From positions 11,165,180 through 11,229,179 of the forward strand of contig NC_068988.1 in assembly GCF_001194135.2 (NCBI RefSeq): a DNA stretch of 64,000 bases, given 5' to 3'. Position 1 is the stretch's first letter, and each line of letters starts with the position of its first letter. The notes under the pieces are model-generated. The model ran no database searches and was not told the origin of the DNA. It worked only from the letters and a program-made list of their open reading frames with translations. The DNA is from Octopus bimaculoides (Eukaryota). This document shows positions 51,485-64,000 of this stretch, piece by piece. A program made the translations under genes and the position numbers.

Positions 51485-52095
51485 ATATATATATATATAT
51501 ATATATATATTCGTTGATGACACAAAGTTCTCCCTGAATATCAGTGGATTATCAAACTCCAGTTCTTTGACTTGTCTGTCCCTACCTAGGGGAAAATAAT
51601 GCAGATACTATCAACTATGCCGGGACCATTATTCAAGTTTAAGAAATCAGTATAGAAAATATCTGCTGATTCTACTGCAAGCTGACCACGCTTAAATGAA
51701 ATGAATATACGCATTCCAAACAGGAGTAGACCAGAATAATGATGTGTATAACTTTTGTAATATCTATAGAAAAGGTGTTGCGGGAGTAATTATTCCAACT
51801 ATCATATAGTGATATCTTTGAAGTCTAACCAGCTTCGAAAAATATCAGGGGGGCTTGTTTTTTTCTGATCTTTATTCTACACCAGGTTTCGAATATCCGA
51901 TTAGTGCGTCACTAAGAAGAGCAAATCAGGTAGAAATGTTGGTGTTTGACGATCCACTGAGGTCCTTCTAAGGCATTGTTTTTCTTTTAACAGTTAAAGT
52001 CGCTTAAGAGGATTTGCAGCCGACGCTGCTCTACATTTGAACATGCATGATGAGTGTATACAAACTCTTTTCAACTGATGATCCTTCACGTGTGC

Positions 52096-52135
<40 letters not shown>

Positions 52136-52270
52136 NNNNNNNNNNNNNNNNNNNNNNNNNNNNNNNNNNNNNNNNNNNNNNNNNNNNNNNNNNNNNNNNN
52201 NNNNNNNNNNNNNNNNNNNNNNNNNNNNNNNNNNNNNNNNNNNNNNNNNNNNNNNNNNNNNNNNNNNNNN
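52136..52270. other. Assembly gap (135 N)
   Basis: Run of N. Confidence 1.
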
Positions 52271-54243
52271 TATATACAGAGTGAGAGAGAGAGAGGGGGA
52301 GAGTGTGAGTCTTTGTTAGCTCTTAAGCCAAATCCCTTATGGTCCTTTCAAACATTTTATGAATTTATTCTCTTTCCGCTATTAAATCAATATCTTTGCT
52401 TGCTCATAATAATCTATCACATACATTGAAGTGAAATATTTTTCCTTTGCCTATATTTCCTCGTTAAAGTACATATCTTATCTTTTATGTTGATTTACCG
52501 CAGGATATGTTAAACCAATCTACATGAGATGAAAGCAGCCATGTTTATGCCACTTTCATATTATAGAAAATAGATAGTGGAGGATGAGATCAGTCTACCA
52601 TTTTAGAAATAACATCAACGTTACATCAGATCACTCACATCCTACCGTCTGAAATTATTTCAACATTTTGCCTTCTAAATTTACAGAAAGACATGGTAGT
52701 TAAACAAGACTTGTTAAATACGAACAATTGTGATGAGAGCAACGACATCTGTATTTGGAAATAGTTTGACAATGAGTTTTACAAACATGGCTGTGGTTTC
52801 CGCTTTATCAACAGATCAGAAAACCTTGAGATCAAAAGCCTTCTTAACATGTGATTCCATCTTTTTGTTTCTACATAATATATAGACTACGAGATTATCT
52901 TGCACGTCATTTTTATTTGTAATATAGCTGGAGCCTGCTTTGCATTTTACCAATGTTTTCCGGAGACGAACGAACCCGTTGCTGGCTAAATTGTAATAAT
53001 ATAATCCTCTACGCTATGTATAGCTTCACGGATGATTTGATTTGATTATTGTGATCGTTTATATATATTAATACATTCATTTAGGTAAATTATTTCCACA
53101 GTGCATTCACATAACAAACAATTATATAGCATCGTGTTAATTTCCTGCAAGAGAGAAATGATAATCTACACCACAGACCTATGGCAACAGACTGTTGTAG
53201 TCTAACAATTCCTTTGAGAATCTTAACATCGCTTTTATTAACTTCGTGCAAGCAGTAGTCATATTCCATGGCCGTATAGAATAATTTAATCAGGTATTAA
53301 TTTAATTGGTCGCTTAATATATTGTGTCTGTCCAATTATGTTCAACGTTTATTTAATTTATCAGTTCTTATTGTCCATGTTTGTTAGGTAAAGCTTTGAT
53401 TTCCACATTAAATGTTACTTTGACAACGACCACATACACTCGAGACATTATAATGCCTTAGAGTATTCATGAAATACATTCTACCTCAAGAGCTTTATTC
53501 CATTACTTTAAGAGATAACATTTAACACTATTCCAACAGATATTGTACATTTCGTCGTTTAATTCATATACGTTTGACGAGATAAATAAACAGAAGCTAA
53601 CACCACCGACTGATATTCTGTAAAGACCGGCCATACCTTCTTCTAAACCCATATCAGCATCTTGAAAAGAAAAATATATAGAATATCTATAGAAATTGAA
53701 AGTTTAATACTTTATACTCATACACGTAGTTTTAAATGTAAAAAGCGTGTTATCTTCAATAGAATTTCTTAATATGCCGTAAAGTTATATTTTAGCTAAT
53801 ATTCTAATTGACAGCATCAGTACCCGGTACGCATTTAAGATATGGTACGGTAGGGTAGTGTATTAAGATATTTCAAATGAGGCGGGTGGTCAATGCGGAA
53901 AGAGAAGTTGCTAAACGGTGGTCGATACGAAGGAGAATAGGCTACAGGAGGTCGATGGTTGAAAAAGTTTGATGATTCCTGATATATATGAAGTGGTTTT
54001 ATGATAGCTCTCTGTAAGACAATGTTGAAGGCAGAAATTATCCGTGATCAATATCTACTCTGTCATAAATTATCTGTCACTAGAATACAACAGTATCAGC
54101 TATGGAGACAAATGTTATATCCGTCGCGGGCCATATAAGGTTGAAATAGTCATAATTTGTAGCACTTTGAATTCATTATACTTGACTATCCTCAGATATC
54201 AACATAAATATTACTTAACATTTACTGATATAGTGTTCTCACT

Positions 54244-54530
<287 letters not shown>

Positions 54531-54534
54531 TACG

Positions 54535-54670
54535 CATCATCATCATCATCAATATCATGTTTATCATTTAACAACCGTTTTGACTGAAAACTGGTAAGCC
54601 TGGGAATTGCATCAGGTTCTGATCTCATTTAGCAACGTTCGTACTGCTGGAAGCCCTTCCTAACGCCATC
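54535..54670 (-). mobile_element. 3' end of an RTE-type retroposon with an (ATG)n tail
   Basis: (CAT)n followed by TTTAAC..CCGTTT...CTGCTGGAAGCCCTTCCTAACGCC, a pattern I recall from RTE-type 3' ends; recognised from memory only. Confidence 0.5.
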
Positions 54671-55403
54671 CTTCATGGACTTCATTTTAACTTAACAAGC
54701 AATCTGAAATATGTCGTCTAGAATTTTTTTGGTATCTGGTGTCATTAAGTCGAGCTTTGATACTGGATTGCATATACTACTTTACTAGAAGCAAAATATG
54801 TGTAGGAAATTATTTAGGTCAATGCTATGATTCCAAATAACAATGATATCATATGACGGCCGCTTTTTGGTTCATGAAGCACAGGAAAACGAGAGCGTTA
54901 AAATTCCATAATTGCGAATCCTAAACTTGAATATTCATTCCCTTTCTGCTGGCATCTTATCTGCAATAATATTGATTACAATATTTTTCCGCATGGATAA
55001 TTGTACTTCAAACATAACCATTTCAAAACGAATAAAACACAAATAATCAGATTTCCTCCTTTTTTTTCTGCTCACAGAATAAATTATGTGTTATTAATCC
55101 TCCGATTAAATCTGCAAATGAAAGTGATTTATGTAGAATTTTAATCATGTGTTAATATCAAAAGAACATGTTAGAAATATATTTAATACATTAATCTGTC
55201 TATTGAAGATTGTTCAATACATAAGGCTTACTCACAAATACTATGCATATAATATATGAACTGAATCATGAAATATACGCACAGCGTAAATTATTAACAT
55301 GGCGAGGAAACTGTTTGTAATATGCATGCCTTAAAGTTTCTCTTTATCTCCTTATTTCTCTCTTTCTCTCTCTCTCTCACACACATGCTCTCTCGCTCTC
55401 AAG

Positions 55404-55445
<42 letters not shown>

Positions 55446-55447
<2 letters not shown>

Positions 55448-55597
55448 CTTTTTTAATTATTTCAGTCATTTGAATGTGGTCATACTGGAGCACCGAATTT
55501 AGTCCAACAAATCGACGCCGGGACTTATTCTTTGTAAGCCAAGTACTTATTATATCGGTCTGCTTTGTCGAACTGCTAAGTTACGGGGACGTAAATC
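55446..55597 (-). mobile_element. 3' half of SINE family A
   Basis: TTCAGTCATTTG...CTGGAGCACC...ACTTATTCTTTGTAAGCC...CTAAGTTACGGGGAC is the reverse complement of about 44515-44669. Confidence 0.85.
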
Positions 55598-57227
55598 CCT
55601 GCGCCTATCAATAACATTTTACAATTGTTTATCTAATAACTTAAATTTTTGATCTGCATTAGAATTTAATATATGCCAAGATTAACGACAATAATCAAAT
55701 ATCTAAAGGCATACACGGAAGTTCGTGATATTTGCTAACGAGTCTATATTTTGTGGAAGTGTAGTCTAGCGTTAGAATCTCTTTCATCGCCCGACAGATA
55801 CAAGGAGAACTCTTTCAAATTACACTTGCAAATAATTGTTTTTTCTCTTTCTGCTTTCAAATCCCCTTTTTTTCCATACGACTTCCGGATGTACCACCGT
55901 CATTAATTGGTTGTATATTTCCCCGACGTAGGTCACCATACTTTCACGAATTCAGTTTTATACGTATATTGTAGTTAGATGACTTTTTGACTCTGATTGT
56001 AAACGGCAATCAAACTGTTACTTGCACTATCCTGTACTTAGAAAGCCTGCAAGTTTAACAGCTTGTTATATATCTGCTAGTTCTCCAAGCCATATAAACA
56101 CTGACATTTGACCACTCTAATAAGCAATATATATGATTAACACCACGTACATATCAAATTTATGTATGTTATATTAGGTTTTGATGCAAAGTAGAAGTGT
56201 AATGTAGAATAATGGTTTAGGTTACATTTAATAGACCATTGGTGATCGTTATATTTTCTAGAAAGCTGAAATATTATTCATAGAGGCTAAGCAAAGGTCT
56301 TGGCAGTTTAATTCCCATTTGGTTACAATATTATTACCGACATTTCTTTGAAAGGAAATTTATGGCACAAAATATTTCCAAAACGCTATCTCGCGTGGCT
56401 ACAACTGGAAAGATACTTTCATATTTTGCAGTTTATCGACCAAAAATTGTCGAAATGTATTCAACAGAGATAGAAAAAACTTTTTTTTTCTCAAATAAAA
56501 TCTATTTGAATATATAACTTTGTAAATGGTACATATGCAAAGGACGTTTAGCTACGCACATAAATTTTATTTATGAAAGCTGTCAATTTTTCGTGCGTGA
56601 TGGTATCGCAATAATTGTGCAACATCTTAGAGACGATCGATCTGAACGCGGTAGTCTCCAAATAGATAAATTATTGCTACTGGTAATGAAACCACCAAAT
56701 GATTTCGGTTAATAGGTTGTTCAAAGTTGTATCTCTTGCTTACAGTTTCCTCGTTTATCTTCCTAAACAGGAGATAAAACATTGAGAAAGCGACGCTTGA
56801 TGGAAATCACAATCATTGGCATTATACCAGCTATAATTGTTGTATTAATAATAAAAACACTAGCGGTACAAATACTTTTTTGAATACCATAAGGAAAAGT
56901 TACAATATTAGATTGGTAAAAAGTGTTTTACGAAAACACTAGTGAATGGGCACAAGATAAAATCAATGTATTTATGATTACATATATAAAACATTGAAAC
57001 CAAAAGTTGTAGCATTATAAGTATAGAAACTTTCTCAAAATTCTGTATCTAAATATTTTGGTAGATTCTCTTACATCACACCGGAGGTTTAAAGCAGATT
57101 ACACTTCAGAAATTTGATATTCTAAACGTTACTAAATTCACTTTAGATAACCCATCATATTGTTATCAGATATATAAAGAGAGAAAGGGAGAAAGATGGA
57201 CGGAGGGAGGATGACATAAAAAGATAA

Positions 57228-57260
<33 letters not shown>

Positions 57261-57540
57261 GACAATAAATCGTTCTATACGAAACATATAATTATGAAAC
57301 TGCACGTGTGCCTCAGAGTGCATGTGAGCAAGCAGGAGTCGATTGTTTCGATCAAAGCGGATACTGTATAGAAAATCGACGAGATAATTATCAGCAATAC
57401 TAACTTAGTCTAGTTTCAAAGAAGACTAGCTCATAGGAATATGAAAAGATTGCATTGATAGAGAATGATAAAAGTAGATGAAAATGCGAAAATAACAAAA
57501 CGGAAATGCCATTTAATTGAAATCGGTTACCAAGTGTGTG

Positions 57541-57730
57541 CAAGGATTTGTTTCCTACCTTAGATTTTAAAAGATATATGTGATGCTTCTGACTTTCATG
57601 TGATTTTAATAATAGAATTGACTAGAAGATCTGCGGCAGCAGCACAATGCACAATAGCGATTTGGCTCGCCGGATATTAACCTCTATTCTACGACATTCA
57701 TTTCATTTAAAACCAATAATATCTTGATAA
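57541..57730 (+). repeat. Ungapped diverged duplicate, copy 1 (copy 2 at 58821-59010)
   Basis: Manual alignment: 147/190 identical, no indels, offset 1280 bp. Confidence 0.9.
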
Positions 57731-58528
57731 AATGTGTGTCGTAACAAAGACGGGTCGTGACATTCTAAGTTTATGGCTGTAGATAATATCTGAAATCTGG
57801 TGAATGCCAATTCAGGTCGCAGAAATATTCTTGTACAATGTCACCCGGGGTACTGTAAAAGCGGTCTTATACGTTTCTAATTTCAAAAGTGCTTTCTTGA
57901 TAGAGCTTGGTGGGGGTGGGATTTTTAAAGATTATTAAAATTTTACGGAAGCTTGCTTATCATCGTGGCAGCATTTTTAGAAAAGGTTTTCTTTTAATTT
58001 GTCAGATATATTCTATAAGCAAATGTGCGATTTGTAGGTTAATTCAGGACTCTAATCAACAAAAATAACGTGAATGGAATAATTATTGACGTGTAGCCAT
58101 ATTGGATTTTAGTTGTGCAAACGACTGACCCTCAAACTGAGATGTTTTAGACTTGCAATGTGAAGGAAATCGATTTCTAATTGTTTTTTAAATGTGTAAT
58201 CGTCGTTAACAGAGGGCTCGTTGTGATAAAACAAATGTTAAGTGAACCGACACAAAAGTGACATATAGTCGCTTGAGCTGCTAGAACGAACAACGAATTA
58301 TCCTTCATTCCACATGGTTGTTTTAAAACAGTGACTTTGGATAATGGAATCCTTAATCCTCAATGATTTAAAACAACGGGTGTGGCACTACTTCTGTGTC
58401 TCGCATTACAAATCTGACTGATCGTGATTTCAGTTGGACGAAGCAACATTAATCTAAAATGATCGAGTGTAGTTGGAGCTCTTCTAATGCTGTTCGAATG
58501 TAGAATTTAAAATCAGTATATTAATATA

Positions 58529-58756
58529 TTGTGTTTTCCGGAAAGTTCGTGCCGATGTGTAGTAGCTTACCTTTCGAATTATTTGCCATGAAACCACCTC
58601 AATTATGGGATGTGGATATTTTCAAGTTAAAGATAATATGGAGACGTATTGTGCAACGAAATGGTTCGTATTTGGTTGATTAAAAATGTAATGGCAAGTA
58701 TTTATTGACCTTTTTCTTTCCTTTAAAAATCGGCATGAACTTTCCGGACAACCCAA
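58529..58756 (+). mobile_element. Short internally deleted mariner element: both TIRs plus transposase C-terminus
   Basis: TTGTGTTTTCCGGAAAGTTCGTGCCGAT and ATCGGCATGAACTTTCCGGACAACCCAA are inverted repeats, with TA on the left. 58579-58683 reads LFAMKPPQLWDVDIFKLKIIWRRIVQRNGSYLVD*, matching mariner F....P..FW..GI.KL...W..+V..NG.Y. Confidence 0.85.
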
Positions 58757-58820
58757 TGGTTCTACGTACTACCTTTACAAACGGTATCATCGATATATAA
58801 ATTGCATCCCTTATGCAATG

Positions 58821-59010
58821 TAAGAATTTGTTTCCTACCATTGATTTTATAAGATACACGTGTTGTATATGAGTCTCATGAGGTTTTATTAATAGAAAAT
58901 ACTAGAAGAGCTATAGAAGGAGTTCAATGCTCAATACAGATTTAGCTAGCCGGAAATTAACTTCTAGTATACGGCATTCATGTCACTGAAATCCAATAAT
59001 AATTTGATAA
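58821..59010 (+). repeat. Ungapped diverged duplicate, copy 2 (copy 1 at 57541-57730)
   Basis: See copy 1. Confidence 0.9.
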
Positions 59011-60329
59011 CATAGGTTATCGAGTTATTGAATAAAATCTCTCTAGTATAGCTAACTGGGAAAAAGTCACTGCTCACCGATTGCTTTGCTTTCGGGCATG
59101 GACCCAAATAAAACACTCATTACGTAGGCAAAGAGCAAGATAGATCGATGCCTTCCTTAAAAAAAGATACATCAACAATTCATCTGTTCAATCAATCCGA
59201 ATTTAATGGATCAGCCGTTTAGATTATTATCTTTCTAGAATCGGTGATTTGTGTTGAATTAAAACGCTATATAATTTTCGTAAATCCAACAATAATTGCA
59301 TAGTTTTTCATTCACTCACTCATACAGCTGACTTCGCTGTTAAGACATATGTGTGTATTGTTACATTGTGAATAAACACCGATGCTTAATTCATTGCGAT
59401 ATGCAATTTTCGAAATACCTTCAGTATATGGAAGCACTAGAAATTTCCTTGACCGTCCGGTACGTTAAAAAAAACTTGACATTTCACCGTTGTTATCTTC
59501 TTAACTTTCGCTATCAAGCTCTGATTGGAGACACAACGCTGGTTGGTACTGACAGAAACATGCCCCATGCATATATACACGAAATACCCACTCAAAGTCT
59601 GAAGAAAATATATCACTTTTTTCCCTTCTTGTAGATGCTAGATCCTTTTCCCCTTGTTAATATTTCAGATACCCATGTAAGTTGCAAGCTGGCACTAACG
59701 TTAGCTCACCAATATACGCCACGAATACGAATGATATAAAGATGAGCCTTGCCAAGGTCGTGATATTCTCGAAAATTATAGGATAGAATTGGACAAGATA
59801 CATGTTCTTACATTCTTGTGTTTGTTAAAGGGGGCATCTGTCTCCAAAACTCCAAAGTTGAGTAACGTTTCCATGATTCGATTTGTAAAGTACAGTAAGA
59901 ATAACACTGGTCAACAAAGAATTTGTCTCCAAAGTATATGAAATGAAAAATATCTAAAAATACTAATACACAGAAAAAGCACGGAAGAATACTAACACAG
60001 AGAAGTACAGAAAATATGTAACATACTAACACACAGAAAAATTAAAGCAAAACACGCGGGTGGAAAAAAATCTCGTGCTGTGAAGAATGAACACAGGGTG
60101 AAGTGAAATACAACACAGCATGCGGTTGTCATGGTAACAAGCTGCCAATGCCACGCTGTCTGTTGATTAATTAAAATTACCCAAATTTCCCAAATTTCAT
60201 TCCAAATGACATCAGATTCTTTAATTTACGAGATAAAGTAAAGCGTTGATCGTAATCAAAATTCAAAGTTGCATCAATATACTAAAATTGAAAGGAGTCT
60301 GAGCAAAATTAAAGTGGCTCATTTTATGA

Positions 60330-60765
60330 ATGAAATTAACTAGAACCAATTGCGGAATACCTAACTTCAGTATATGCGTCAACCTAATTGAGAGATCGGA
60401 GTTCTACTTCAAACAGGATCAACGTTTTACAGTGAAAAACAACTTCACGTGGGCTTTGGAAAACCTAATATATATTTTAACTTGCTCAGGGTTTCGAGAG
60501 CAATACATAGGCCAAACCAAAAACAGTCTACGTACATAGATCCCAAATTAAAATACGAGAATACAGAAAAATTGCATGAAGTGAACACGTCGGCATTTGC
60601 GCCACTAACGAACTACCCAACATCAGAAGATTTCCCTTCTGTGAATTTGGGGATGATGCAACATATAATCAGCGCATTAGCAAAGAGTCACATTTTATTG
60701 CAAAATATAAACCTCTTTTGAATGATTCCACCTCACATGACACTACTACAAGGATCTTAGAATAA
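60330..60765 (+). mobile_element. Penelope-like element GIY-YIG endonuclease remnant (pseudogene)
   Basis: FTVKNNFTWALENLIYILTCSGFREQYIGQTKNSLR, then after a frameshift QIKIREYRKIA*SEHVGIC...FPF...RISKESHFIAKYKPLLN. Matches the PLE pattern F.C.S.N+IY.+.C..C...YIGQT...LR.R ... KE..FI.K+.P.LN. Confidence 0.85.
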
Positions 60766-61139
60766 CACTCACACAAATATTTAAAACGATAAATATATTA
60801 AGAACACTATCCACTCGTGAATTTATTTAGAACAGTTCTTACCATTACTACTACAACCACAACAGGTCACTTGTAGATCACTTAACTATTGAAGTAGATT
60901 CCACGAACAGCTCTGCTACAGGGTCATACCACTCTCGTCTTTTTTTCCTCTTCTTTTTCGTCTTCTACTTCTACTTCTTCTTCAACTTCTTCTTTCTTCA
61001 TCCACCTTCTTCTCCTTCTTCGCCGTCTCCTTCCACGGCTGCTGCTGCCTTTCCCATGAAATATCAGAAACTAACATTTCTCTGCACCTATAAACAATAT
61101 TTCTTCAGATCTGCTGCTACCTAGCGAGCCTTCACAAAT

Positions 61140-61215
61140 GAAGAGAGAAAGAGAGAGAGAGGGAGAGAGAGAGAGGGAGAGAGAGAGAGAGAGAGAGAAA
61201 GAAAGAGAGAGAGAA
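61140..61215. repeat. (GA)n microsatellite, imperfect
   Basis: Directly visible. Confidence 0.95.
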
Positions 61216-62237
61216 AATGAAAATGTTCAACCCATTTGAAGTCTATGGAAATTATTACGAAACATTTCATTTAACATTTTTCTTCAATTTTATTGTTTTT
61301 GTTTTATTCTTATTTGAAAAACTCGAAAAGATTGAACCCGGTACGAACCATTACAAAATGTATTTCATGATAAAATTATTTTAGCATTTTCTAGCTTGTC
61401 TTATTTTCCTTTCACACAAACACAGACATACACAGACACAGAGACACGTGCACACACACACGAACACAAACACACACACAAACACACACATATATATTAC
61501 ATGGAAAAGGCGAGCGAAATAAGTAAGATTTTCAAGATTATAAGCCTTGAAAAGTACAGGACAAATTAATACAGTTGGAGAAGTGCAGGACAGGCTAATC
61601 CAACTGGTAAAGTACAGAACAAGAAATGTGTTTACTTAAAATGCAACAGCTAAGAATAAAATTTCAAATAAAATATTTAGATTTAGAAAATATTAGCTTT
61701 TATTAAAACTAAAAATTTTATCAAAAGTTATTACTTCTATCTTTTTATTAATTTTGCTTCTATTAAAAATTTAAAAAATAACTCAATTAAAATATGTTTT
61801 GCACTTTAAAAAACTTCATTTTTTAAAATTATTAATTAATAATTAGAAATTTGAAAATAGGTTATAAAATGTAATAGTAGTACATAATTATTATAATAAA
61901 TAGAATAATACAAAAATTATTCATATATCCCAGGAAAGTCTACCTATAACAACAAATTCACAATAGAATTTGTTTCCGTTATTGCCTAAGGTGTTGCCAA
62001 GTCTTCACATTTTTCGTCTTGCCCCAATGCCTATTTTTTACTTAATGAATTTGCCTACCATATATACGATTCTACTTTGCATAAAACTTTAGGTATATTG
62101 CTACTCCTGGCTCTCAGTTTTTAAGTATTCTAGTGTGTCAATATATTAACAAAATGACAGTATCTTTTTTAATTATAATGTTAGTTTGTAAATTTTTCAT
62201 TCTTAGCTACAATATTTTAATTAAGAGAAAAAATTAT

Positions 62238-62444
62238 GTTGTGTCTGCGGAGAATCATTCTCTTTTAGTGTCTTATAATTTAACACACACACCGATAAAA
62301 TTTACACTCATTTACTTATTTATCTCTCTAAAATTTTCGTTTCGTCTTGCAACCTTTTCAATAGTTGTAAATGAGTAGAAATTTTACCGGTGAGTGTATT
62401 AAATTGTAAGGCACTAAAAGAGAATTATTCTCCCCACACATAAC
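62238..62444. mobile_element. MITE-like element with about 78-bp imperfect inverted arms
   Basis: 62238-62315 (GGAGAATCATTCTCTTTTAGTGTCTTATAATTTAAC...) pairs with the reverse complement of 62367-62444. Confidence 0.8.
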
Positions 62445-63090
62445 AGAATATGCTTCAACACACGAACTCACATAAAGAATCTTACAACCCAAATCCAAAT
62501 ACGAAATACAAGAAAAAGTGTTAATATAAAAATATAAACATAAGATTAGTATATGAAAAGCCCTTTATTTACATTGATTCATTATAAAATGAAAATTGAA
62601 AAATTGCAGGGTTACTACCGATCACCCACCTGCAAATCTGTGAGGCTGTCCGGGATGGGGAGGGGGTAAAAATGGTAGGTGGGTGGTATCAAATTCTGTC
62701 GGGGGTTCTTTAAAACTTCATAAAGTATAAAACTTAGTTTATAGATATAAAAAATAAAATTCAGGAAATGAAGATGTGGCATTAATATAATCTATTAACT
62801 GCAAAAATCCAACATATTCTCTTACATCTGTTTCAATTTTGCCGAAAGATTAAATTACACTGATCATTGTATTCGACAAAATCTCATTAGGGGTGTAGAA
62901 AAGACTTACCGTTAGGTTATTAGTTGTTATGTTTCAAAATATTTCAACAGACCGAATATCATTTAGTTGCTAATATTGGTATAAACCTGGACCAGGGGGT
63001 AATAGGTTGTTTTGGTGGGTGATGGATAATATGGATAAAATTAGGGGAATAAATGGTAAATAAATAAAGGTTAGATAGTGAGTTACAGTA

Positions 63091-63502
<412 letters not shown>

Positions 63503-64000
63503 ATAAAACCTATGCTGCTGCGGATATTTTTCAATGCCTTTCATATTTATTTGTAATAAGCTGCAGTAGATATGAACATGAATATGCTGATCGCTGTTGT
63601 GTTTTATCTGAAGAAAAACAACTTCTTTAAGACGAATGTTCATAACCCCACCTATTCTTTAGTGTAAGAGAATTCTGGGATACCTTGTGTTTTGTCATTG
63701 CTGTGTCATATCAAGCAGAGGCATCCGTCAAGGGTTGGTGGCTCCTGTTTATATCTTTAGCAAGCAAGTTATTGTTTTTCTACGCCGATAACTGTCAACT
63801 GATAACGTCACATTCACATTGATCGTACGAAACTAATTAACTGTCATAGCAAACAATAATGACACGCTTTGTACAATGAGGTAAGGAGAAAAACATCTAA
63901 ATGAAAATCTTTTAAAATGATTGGCCGATATCTATGAAGCTTTAAATATTTTCACACGTAGTAGAAAGAATCTTCATTTTGCAACGTGTATTAATATTAT

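Noticed and set aside
51508-51560. FVDDTKF resembling CR1 RT FADDTKL
   Set aside because: Single short motif next to a gap, with no colinear support
57799-57810. GGTGAATGCCAA resembling the 3' half of miR-124
   Set aside because: The seed region is absent and there is no hairpin
59961-60042. Three degenerate TACTAA(C/T)ACACAG units
   Set aside because: Ordinary decayed minisatellite-like slippage
62910-62990. Minus-strand segment between a CCAG acceptor and a GTAAGT donor
   Set aside because: Stops in all three frames; could only be a non-coding exon and has no other support

Overview
AT-rich animal genomic DNA, most likely from an octopus or related coleoid cephalopod. This is inferred from the tRNA-derived SINE families and dense (TA)n/(GT)n/(AAT)n microsatellites. 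The draft assembly has 7 N-gaps. I find no intact host protein-coding gene, no rRNA/tRNA gene and no CRISPR array. The window reads as intronic or intergenic DNA built from transposon debris: several decayed R4/Dong-type (RLE) non-LTR retrotransposons, an RTE RT fragment, a Penelope-like GIY-YIG fragment, three Tc1/mariner remnants, two tRNA-SINE families and four to five foldback/MITE elements. Most listed ORFs are translated microsatellites, gap artefacts or TE fragments. I do not see a convincing novel biological system. The best leads are modest: a related foldback/MITE group with a shared terminal motif, an ungapped 190-bp diverged duplication, three minus-strand candidate small exons, two CRE-containing palindromes, SINE nesting/conversion events and a possible mitochondrial 16S NUMT. 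All family assignments are by eye from motifs; no database search was run.
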